Below, piece after piece: positions 54,546-64,000 of a DNA stretch of 64,000 nt (its first letter is position 1; each line of letters begins with the position of its first letter). The notes beneath the pieces were generated by a model. It was not told the origin of the DNA and did not search any database. It saw nothing but the letters and a program-made list of their open reading frames with translations. The DNA is taken from NCBI GenBank assembly GCA_965649765.1, contig OZ287755.1, positions 14,198,001 to 14,262,000 of the forward strand, given 5' to 3'. The position numbers and the translations under genes are program-made. The DNA comes from Bispira polyomma. Lineage: Eukaryota.

Positions 54546-55518
54546 AATTACTGAGCTTGCATTTTTTGGGAGAACCCAACTAAATACATAATTTCTTGGA
54601 TGGGAAAAAAATTGTGGTAAGGATACGGGTAACCTGGAGTGATGAAATGTTTTTTCGGCCGATGGTCACCAAACTGGCACAGGTTTTCAATCATGCTTGA
54701 AATTTTGTTGTTGATATCCTAGTGGTTATGGCGCTGGTCTGGCTATCAACATGTCAGTGGTTTGACTTCTGGTAATGCCATAAATGGTTACTGGGATTTC
54801 TTGATAACGACTGATAACGACCAATAGTATGTTGTACGACTTATACCTTCTCCCAGATCAAGTGCCCCAGAAGATGAAATAATCAGTAGTTGAATACTAT
54901 TCGATTTTTCAAAAATTTCTGATGACACATAACCGCATCAGATCATATCTGACACATGAAAGTTCCTGCACATTTAGTTGTGGGACAAAACAAATCGTAG
55001 GCATAGTCTATGTATCAGTCTACAAGGTGGGGGGGGGGGGCTTTCTATTTTATGACTTTCTATTATTGTCATAACATATTTACTTCCAACAATATGAAGC
55101 TGCAATGAAGGTCATGACGTTATGGTGTTATAAATAAATTAGAAACAATTTGCACAAACGGGGTTTTCTACAAAACCAATGTCATTAATAATGGCCAGCA
55201 TTTGATATTCTAAGCTGAAGCTAAAGATATGACTTATGATGTGGTTATAAATAAATCATACAGAATCTGTACCAAAAGGATTTTCTACGAAAACAATAAA
55301 AGGATAATTGCCCGCAATAGTCATTTCTTGGAAACAATAGTTAGAAGAAAACAACAGCTGATAAATGAACAAATAATCAATAAATAACAACTTCGAAAGA
55401 ACCTATAGATGAAGTAACATTTACTTGCCATTTTTATAGACACAGATACACCGTGAAGTTGAGATATATTTCCAAACAAAGGCTGTCTATTGTGTGTGTG
55501 GTTTTTTTTAAAGAAAAC

Positions 55519-58500
55519 ATGGCATTATACATTAATCTGGGATGCAGTTATTTGTGTGCAATGTTAACTATGTTAATAGTGGATACTGCAGGGAATCCAT
55601 TCAACGGTAGGTCCTTTATTTAATATTCAATTTTGTTGGCTATTTGTAATGTCCAAACATTTATAAATACTATGAAGGTTTTGAAGCATTGCATCATTCC
55701 AAAAAAATTTCCATTGGCCATCGGCAGCATAGTGATACATACATGCCTCTCACTTCTGTTGACAGTGGAGTTATCCAAGGCTGAGGGTTTGTAGAACGGA
55801 AAACCTTCACCAACAACCAAGTGAATTTTCTCTCCTGATATTGACGCAAGCATGTAGAATATGATGTTAACCACAAAATTAATGAGAGAATGTTCTGTGA
55901 AAAAAACCAAAACTTTCACCGACTATGCTGTTCTGAATGAATACACCAGTAATTTGCCTCTTGTGATATATGATCTCAGACATGTTAAAAGCAACATTAA
56001 GCTTTAAGTTAAAATGTTCTACATATCTCTGTTTTGTGTCAGCTGAGGTGTACCTACCCTTTGAATCAGTTACCGGAGGCTCTGTCCCTGGGGGAACATT
56101 TCATGGAACACTTCTCGATGACACCTCTGCTTCTGCTCAGCCAGGTATCCATGGTAACGGATTGGCCGTGTCCCAAACAAAGGTCAGCATTGGCAATCGA
56201 AGGGATGATTGCTTTTGGTTACCTGAACTGTGTCCTGAAGGAATGACATTTGCAGTGTGGATTAAGCTAGGTAAGGGGCTAATATGTCAAATGAACTTTA
56301 AAAACACCAAACAAATTGAGTGTTCAACTTTCTTACTGAAGCAGTGTGGATATTAACTGTGTTTAAATTATATTTATGTCAACTTGCCCTACTAGTTAAT
56401 TTTGTGAAATTTTGATGAAAAGCATACATCTGCCAAGGCACCAGTGCCAAAAAGTGAAAAAAACCCTGTTCACTCAGATCTTCTACTCTGGCTTATACTT
56501 CAACAAGTTTTATGTTGGTCAGTTTAGTAATTTTTATGTAATCCTGGTGACAAACAACCCAATCAACGGATGCAGGCTAGAACATAATCTTCATGGCAAG
56601 AAAATAACCACAATAATATAGAGCACTGTACTCGGAATATGTATCTCTCACAATACTCATAACGATTTATAATGCATTAAGAAAGTACTGTCAAAACCAA
56701 AGGTAAACTCTAGCTAAAACTTGAATTTGAATTTGGATATTTAACGTCCACTCTAGTACCTTTTTTAGTAGGTTATATTGGGACGGGTAGTTGGAAACAC
56801 TGGAGGAAACACTGCATACATTTGGTCAAGGTTCTGCATTGTAACCAGCGGCCCACAGTAAGGAACTACCACCTTTTCCACATAGGCATCGACGGGATTC
56901 AAACTCACTCCGCCCAGAGATGAGAGACCAGTGATTGTGAAGCACAATGCTTGCTAACCACTAGGCCACCGCGACCCCACTCTAGCTAAAACTAAAAGAT
57001 CCATATCACTGCAAGCCACAGCATTTTGTTTGTATTTCCACCTTTTTTGTGGAAGTAAAAGGGGTTTCATACATACAGGTTTTATATTAATTTTAGGTGC
57101 CTGCGATGAAAGTATTCAATACTTTATCTCCAATGGTGGACAAACAAAACAGTCATATGGTATAGCCCTATTAATGAAGACTACCGGACTCCTGGTCTCA
57201 GTGAGAACTACAATAAACTCGGTTGTTGTAGTTGATGATCCAGAAACGACCTACGAATCCAACGTGGTAAGCACAAAATAATATTGAGTAATATATGCAT
57301 TTAAATTTGTAAACACAGCCAAACCTGTACTAGTGACCATTCCAAAAGAGAAGCCACTCCACTTTGAATCTTCTCATAAAGTTTGTTATGCAAATAGACT
57401 GTATAGAAAGACGACTCCTAAGGTGTGACCAGAGACCGACAAATTATTCGCAACAGCAATATTTGACTTGTATAGAAGAGGCCGCTTCAAGGACACACCA
57501 CAAGTTTATAGCCTCAGATCATTGTCTATTATTTATATTTTTCTAACTTTCTCATAGTACCCAGCCCCCAGTTTTTATCTACAAAAGATGCTAGTAAAAA
57601 ATAACAATCTGGTAAAAATATAAGTCTTACTTTACTATCACATTCGGCTCTTTAAAACGATCGACCCCCTAGATAAGGCCGTCTTCAGTATACCCTTAAA
57701 TGAACTTTCTATACAATTTCAATGTATAAAACAGGCCTGTTGAACCATATTTCTGATTTGTTTACCAACCTAATATTTAAAATGAGCATTTTATTACAAG
57801 CTTTGTAAATAGGTTTAAATTAAGATAAATGTCAGAAACTGGAGAGCTTTATATATAGCTATTTTGTAGATCTATCAACTGTGACACTATAAATGACAGA
57901 TACAAGTTATATGTGTCTATAAAAATTGTGTTTACACTAAAAAAAATTAAAAATTCTAATTTTCTAAACTATTCCATTTTGAACTATTCCAGCAATGTAA
58001 GTTCTGGTGACGCCTGAGACTTAATAAGGATTTCTTGGCATTTTTCTATCTTTCTCTTTTTTAGGGTCACTTCTTCCATGTGGCAGTTACCTGGCAGAAA
58101 TCTACCAATGAAACCAAGATGTATGTTGACGGAACTTTGAAAACTACTTCTGCAGCACTAGAAAAGTTTACAGTAAGTTTTTCCAGTGAATAAAATGTAA
58201 AACAAAACACATTGTAAACACTCCAGTTTTCTAGTGGGTCATCTTCAATGTTTTGAGCCATGCATAAATTTCCGTATTACTTGGCATAACCTAGACTTGT
58301 CATCATCATTTTTGCCAACAGAAATGCCAGTGAGGAACTTGGTCAGATTGGTCAGATATTTGCTCTTCTATGATGACATATATTACAAATAAGGTTAAGT
58401 GTAAAAAACCCCTTCCAGAAATGGTAGTTGCAGAAATATTCATGTAAGGGTTATGTATTAGTTAAATCCCAACAACCCTGGACTTTATCGGGTTTAAATA

Positions 58501-59335
58501 AAACACAGCCCAATGTTTTGTTCAGTGCAACCAGATAATTCCCCAGTGTTAAGAGTTTCACAGATGAAGATCCCACTTCTAATTAGTTATATTTCTTAAC
58601 TTTTTGATAATACCTTTATTAACTACTACTGACAAATTATGCCATTGACTGGAGATTTCAAACATTCATTGAGAAGTTAACGGAAATTTCCTATATGTAC
58701 TTTAATGAAGGTCAATTATGTTAGGAATTGTATATACTGTGCTGTTTATTCCATTCTAGTTATGATTATAAATATTGACAAATAGTTGCATCAAATTCAC
58801 CATGCCAGCTCTGTGTCAGTCTTAGTTCATTCATATTTTGGTTGCAGTTACTTTAACTGAAATAAATTATAGTTACAATATATAGTTGCGTAGTTTTAGT
58901 ATTATATAGTATGGTGAATTAGGGTTTAGCAGGTACAAATTAGATGCTTAAGGTATCTGTACTGTAAACTACCAACCCTCAGCATCTCCACTGCAGACCT
59001 TCCCGCATGCAAACTGGAGAAGATATTTTAACCAACAGGGTACAGAGATCACCGGCAAGTATGTTATGAACACATCACTGAGGTCCCCCCTCCCCCTTGT
59101 TGACTTGGCAGGTGTAAAGAGACATGTATTATATTTGAAATAATAATCAAACATAAACTAATATATGTATTTTAGCCACTCTCAGAACCTAGTGACTATA
59201 ATGAGTACATATTTGGGGCATCCAACCAACCCCTTCATCCCACATACTCTGAAGGCATACTGGACGAATTCCTCTTTTGGCCGGAAATTAAAGATGCAGC
59301 TTTCATCAAATCTGTATACTACAGTTATTTGACAG
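55519..59335 (+). CDS. Copy 4 of the secreted LamG/pentraxin-like gene, exons 1-5 intact (exon 6 expected beyond the window)
   Basis: Exons 55519-55606, 56043-56270, 57097-57266, 58065-58172, 59176-59335. Same lengths and phases as copy 3, no stops. E3 is inserted in intron 5. Confidence 0.78.
56722..56978 (-). mobile_element. tRNA-derived SINE at the same site as 38279 (duplicated with the unit)
   Basis: Same TSD actctagctaaaact at 56707-56721 and 56979-56993. Confidence 0.9.
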
Positions 59336-60102
59336 GTAAAGAAACCCTCCCTAGTTACATATTCATTCTGGCATCTCCTTGGATATTACCACCTTCCGTT
59401 AAAAGTCATTTTGAGACTTGAATATGATAATCATAAATGCGCCTTAGAATCCACTAGTTTTTGACTTGATTAGATTAAATTCGAAGAAACACAAAAGCAA
59501 CACCATTTTATTGATGATGGTTTGTTATAGCTAAATATTCAAGTGAAAGAAGTAATGTAATAAAAGTAAAACCACAAGCATATATCATAAAATTATATAG
59601 CTCAAGAAAAGAAATACTAACAGGCTCATTTTGTTATAAAATTTAATTATACACAGTACTGTGGAGCTTTATTGTTTTGTATTTCATTTTAACCCACCTT
59701 ATTGATTGATGCAAAACATCTTGTGAAGTGCAAAATCAAAATCAATTAACCAGTCAAATAGTATAAAAACATTAATCAGGAAGGTTTGCATAGCAAGTCC
59801 ACCCCAGGGGACTGCTAGATCAGTCCAACCTCCTCTTTTATCACACTACTTTAATCCCTAGCGAATGCAATGGCATCATCCAACTTTCTGTCCATCTGGG
59901 CCTCGTCCAATCACAGCATTAGCTATTAGTGACCCCTAAGCTAGGATAGCTATCCTCCATATTGAATTTGTGTTTTCACCTGTGAACAGGACATTTAGAA
60001 AAAACTGAAATTTTAACCACGTATTTACACTGAATTGGTTTTATTTATATTTTATTCTTTTATTAACTGATGTGGTACGGGAACTAGTGATTGTTGTGTG
60101 AA

Positions 60103-61332
60103 ATGGGGAAAACAAAAGCAACTCCCGTGTTAAGCAGCAAGAAATGGACGACAAGGACAACTTCAACTAGCACAGCCAGAAAAAGGGGTACTGGTCAGGT
60201 AACTACTACAAATAATCACGATCAATCAGAAATACATAGAACAGTCATTGCCGACACCGCGTGTCCTAGTATTGATTCTCAGTTATTGACCAGTTCAAAT
60301 GGATCATCTAGCCAAGCCAGGCTGTCATCTCAGGCCGTACCCCAGTCACAAGTCGAGTCACAAAGCATGTCCGAGGTTCTTTCAATCCTGCGTGGTCTGG
60401 AGACCTCCAACGCTAACATAACCCGGCGATTGCAACTCGTAGAGGACAATCAGACAGTTACACCTGCTAATTCTCCATTACACACCATGAGGGATGGTAC
60501 GGTGGTCCAACAGAGACACGAGGGCTATTCGTTACCTCTTCCCCCTCCCAGGTACAACGGGGTAGCACAGCCGCTGGCTCAACCTATGATGCAACCACCA
60601 ACAGGTCAGGGTTACAACACAGATGGCATTGTCCCCAGTCTCGATGCGTTAAGACCTTTTCCAAACGTGCAGGCGGCCGTTACCAGGCAGCTGGCTGACT
60701 ACGAAGCCTTGGCCCAGAGGGGTCTAGTCCAGGGTAAGCACTCAATCAGGCAGAAGTCTGGTCGTTATAACTCAGATATTACTTTAGCTGATCCCAAACT
60801 CAGATGGTCTAACGAAGGTTGGGGTGGGGGATCGACCCGTCGAAGGCCAGTCTTTAACGACCTCACGTTGCGGCAGTGGGCGGCTGGCCAGCTGGCCAAC
60901 TCGCTACAAGTAAGTGATCCGGCAACAATGAAAGCTATGGTGAACCAAGTGGTACACGCACTACGGGATGCAGCCACAGTTCCGTGGCCTGCTGTCAGGA
61001 CAGCCTGGGCTGTCAGTATGCATGAGATCGAGGAAGGCAGGCTGTCCTGGCAGGACAACACTCAGTGGGCACTGAATCGCATCAGTGCCTCCCAGATGGC
61101 TATGGTAGGCAACAACGGCAGTAACTTGGCTAACGGGGCTTCTTCAGAAAGTAAATCCATCTGTAAGCTGTTTAATAATGGCAAGTGTACTCACAAGGCA
61201 GATCATGGCAATTATCGTCATGTATGCTGGTATTGTAATAAGACATTAGGAAAGGACGCGTCGCACCCAGAATTCAAATGCTTTAAAGCGAATGTAAGTA
61301 AGCAGCCAGACAGACAACAAGGTAACATCTAG
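60103..61332 (+). CDS. E3 gag (intact) with C-terminal CCCH/CCHC-type zinc finger
   Basis: Open ORF from MGKTK. Motifs IVPSLDALR, RPVFNDLTLRQWAAGQ, WPAVRTAWAVSMHEIEEGRLSW, CKLFNNGKC..DH..HVCWYC..HPEFKC. Confidence 0.85.
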   Translation: MGKTKATPVLSSKKWTTRTTSTSTARKRGTGQVTTTNNHDQSEIHRTVIADTACPSIDSQLLTSSNGSSSQARLSSQAVPQSQVESQSMSEVLSILRGLETSNANITRRLQLVEDNQTVTPANSPLHTMRDGTVVQQRHEGYSLPLPPPRYNGVAQPLAQPMMQPPTGQGYNTDGIVPSLDALRPFPNVQAAVTRQLADYEALAQRGLVQGKHSIRQKSGRYNSDITLADPKLRWSNEGWGGGSTRRRPVFNDLTLRQWAAGQLANSLQVSDPATMKAMVNQVVHALRDAATVPWPAVRTAWAVSMHEIEEGRLSWQDNTQWALNRISASQMAMVGNNGSNLANGASSESKSICKLFNNGKCTHKADHGNYRHVCWYCNKTLGKDASHPEFKCFKANVSKQPDRQQGNI

Positions 61333-62376
61333 GACCATGATTCACAACCAGTTGGACGAACATTAGGTAGTGATAAGGGTAATTCAGTGATGAATGGTAA
61401 CATAATAACATAATATATTTGTAAAAGAGTTTAATATAAAGGACGAAAACAGTGAATTAGGTTGTTGGGACAGATGCATGTCTGAAATTAACACAAATGG
61501 GCAAAGTTCCAATAGTAATGATTGTCAGCATATGGTAATGTCAGATAGTACAAGTTTTGTCAATGATGTATTCAACACTGATGTTAATGTGAACTTTGTT
61601 GATAATGATGTCTTTAATAATATTGCAGTTTCAGTGGAAATTACCAGTATGAAACCAAGAATGTAAATGAATGTATTCAATTTCAGAGCAGGACCCAGTC
61701 GGGTCACCATAGATGGGACAGTAGCACTGAGGGCTGCATTTCAAATGGGAGCAATCACTATGCTAATTTACCAGTTTGTAACAAAGAGACACACACGTGT
61801 CAGGTATCAGTTACCAATTGGAAAACTTTTTGTGGGGAAATTCAAAACTTGGCCCCAATTGCTTACATTAGGGATAGGGATGGAAAATTCTCAGGTTATT
61901 TCCACATGTTTTATGATGTGATTGCTGCCAGGTGTGTATATGCTCGTGTTGAATTTCCACCTAGCCAAAACCTTTGTATTATTCAAACCTTTCAAACCAT
62001 AGTCCAGGTTCAGGCTGTTTCTTTAAATACTACCAGTTATACTAATGTGGAAACTCATCACCAGGCTGTGGCCAAGCAAGCCGCTGATACATTTTATTAT
62101 TTCGAAAGAGATAATGCCTGTTTCAAGCTGTTGGGTTTTGATTATACTGAATACATGACCAGGTTAGTAGATGCACTTAATAGTGACAGCGAAGATGAAA
62201 CACTTGACAATTGCCATGAGTCAGACAATTGTGCAGACTTGCTAAATCTAAGTACACAAAAATCAAGTAAGGCTGTAAACAGCCTGATTTGTGATAAAAT
62301 ATACATGAACTCGTCGAGCAACGAATTCACCCAAATGGTTGATAGTGTTCAAGCAAACAAAGATTTGTACAAATAA

Positions 62377-64000
62377 ATTAAGGACTTTAATGACCCCGAG
62401 AAAACCATGGGTTTCTTAGCACTTTCCTCAACAGCATTCACATTCACAGGTCCTGACAAACCTTTTAGGAAAATTGAAACAGTAGAAGACATGCTGCAAG
62501 TGGCTTCTGTTATCAGAGACACTGCACTTCCCAATTATAGACAAGCAAGGGTTCCCCTGGTGTCAGGACTTAATCCAGATGCATGGGATGAAGTTTTCCA
62601 AGATTATCCTGACCAGTTGCTGTGTCAGTATATTAGATTCGGTTTTCCTCTTTCTCTCACCAATCCAAAAATGCTTAACAATGCCTCTGTCACCAATCAT
62701 CATTCTGCCCTCCAACATACAAGTAGAGTAAGAGAATATCTGGTTAAAGAAAGTAATAAGGGTGCCATGTTGGGCCCAGTGAAGGAGGTTAGCTCCTCAC
62801 ATTATCATTGTTCACCACTTCTCACACGTCCCAAGGACATTACTAGTCGTAGGGTAATTCTTAACCTCTCATACCCACAAGGCAATTCGCTTAATGAGAA
62901 TGTGGATAAGAATTTATTTGACGGAAAAAAATTTATTCTGAAATTTCCTACAATCGATGATATTACTGCGATCAAAGTCACAGATGATCCGGTATTGTTT
63001 AAAATCGACGTAGCTCGCGCTTTCCGTAACTTGCGTGTAGATCCTGTCGACGCTGTAAAATTAGGAATCCAGTTTGAAAAGGGTAGTTACATAGATCCTG
63101 CGGTAGCGTTTGGCTGGATTCATGGCAGTGCTGCATTCCAACGCTGCTCTGATGCAATAGCGTCATATATGCGCAAAAAAGGTTTCAATATGTTCTGCTA
63201 CATCGACGATTACATTTGCGTCTCGAATAGAGCAGAGGCTCATAGGGGTTTTCAGATTTTGACCAAACTGCTAGACTATTTAGGTCTCCCCATGAATGCC
63301 AATAAACGCACCCCACCTAGTACTAGCATTACTTGTTTGGGCATTAACATTGACACTGCCGCTGGTACTATTAGCATTCAGCATGAAAAAATAGAAGAGA
63401 TTCTTGAATGTGTGTGTGACGTGTTTAACAGGCACTTCATAACGCGCAGTCGTTTCCAGTCCCTCTTAGGGAAACTTCTGTATGTGCACAAATGCATCAA
63501 GCCGGCACGCACTTTTATTAATAGATTGCTTCACACGCTTAGAAACAACGAGGATAAGAAGAAATTTGCTATTTCTCAAGACATGCGGAACGATTTAGCG
63601 TGGTTCAAGCGGTTCTTACAGACATTTAACGGAGTAACTTACATTGACCCTCCTATTATTCAAAACATGAGTGAGTTACATTTAGACGCTTGCCTTACCG
63701 GTTTAGGAGGCGTGTGGAAAGATGAGGTGTATGCTACACCATATTTCAATGTTTATGGCAGAGAGTTGACAATAGTTCACTTAGAGATGCTGAATATAAT
63801 TCTCGCGTTGCGTGTATGGGCGTTAAAGTGGGCGCATCAACGGATTTTGTTTCACTGTGACAACATGGCCGTAGTACTGGTTGTGAATTCACAAAAAACT
63901 AAGGATGACTTTCTGGCCTCATGTTTGAGGAATATCTGGCTGCTAGCAGCCACACATGACATCACAATTGACATACAACACATTCCAGGGAAAAACAATG
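62377..64000 (+). CDS. E3 pol RT + RNase H (open to the window end; absent from the ORF track because it has no stop)
   Basis: Read codon by codon with no stop in 62377-64000: LPNYRQARVPL, RFGFP, HCSPLLTRPK, KIDVARAFRN, AFGW, CYIDDY, HLDACLTGLGG, HLEMLN, HCDNMAVV, HIPGKNN. In frame with ORF 61849..62376 across a single TAA. Confidence 0.9.
   Translation, partial: MKDFNDPEKTMGFLALSSTAFTFTGPDKPFRKIETVEDMLQVASVIRDTALPNYRQARVPLVSGLNPDAWDEVFQDYPDQLLCQYIRFGFPLSLTNPKMLNNASVTNHHSALQHTSRVREYLVKESNKGAMLGPVKEVSSSHYHCSPLLTRPKDITSRRVILNLSYPQGNSLNENVDKNLFDGKKFILKFPTIDDITAIKVTDDPVLFKIDVARAFRNLRVDPVDAVKLGIQFEKGSYIDPAVAFGWIHGSAAFQRCSDAIASYMRKKGFNMFCYIDDYICVSNRAEAHRGFQILTKLLDYLGLPMNANKRTPPSTSITCLGINIDTAAGTISIQHEKIEEILECVCDVFNRHFITRSRFQSLLGKLLYVHKCIKPARTFINRLLHTLRNNEDKKKFAISQDMRNDLAWFKRFLQTFNGVTYIDPPIIQNMSELHLDACLTGLGGVWKDEVYATPYFNVYGRELTIVHLEMLNIILALRVWALKWAHQRILFHCDNMAVVLVVNSQKTKDDFLASCLRNIWLLAATHDITIDIQHIPGKNN

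Larger units (their letters stand above)
59788..64000 (+). mobile_element. YR retrotransposon E3, near-intact, truncated by the window end
   Basis: Host similarity stops after aaggttt (59787). Contains an intact gag and a long open RT-RNase H frame homologous to E1/E2. Confidence 0.9.

Overview
AT-rich animal (invertebrate-like) genomic DNA, not prokaryotic. The backbone is a tandem array of four ~12-20 kb units. Each unit carries a six-exon gene for a predicted secreted ~400-aa protein: signal peptide, LamG/pentraxin-like ConA-fold domain, and a Cys-containing C-terminal domain. Copy 3 (35437-42785) splices to a fully open 400-codon ORF. Copy 4 is intact as far as visible (exons 1-5). Copies 1 and 2 are pseudogenes. 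Four mutually divergent tyrosine-recombinase (DIRS/Ngaro-type) retrotransposons lie in or next to the array: ~200-960 (minus strand, 5' part only), 9922-16202 (with split direct repeats), 43529-49355, and 59788->64000 (nearly intact). Also present are five tRNA-derived SINEs with TSDs, Harbinger, Penelope, L1 and L2/CR1 remnants, a deleted LTR element and MITE-like inserts. The most interesting signals are in the YR retrotransposons: (i) a conserved phase-1 splice donor in gag plus an in-frame acceptor in front of the recombinase, implying a spliced Gag-YR product; (ii) a conserved TAG-GAC gag stop in frame with pol, suggesting readthrough; (iii) a shared unknown 'QTxVQVQAV' domain upstream of RT; (iv) a closed ~180-nt multi-stem structure in the 3' non-coding region. 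All calls come from reading and hand-aligning the sequence; no searches were run.
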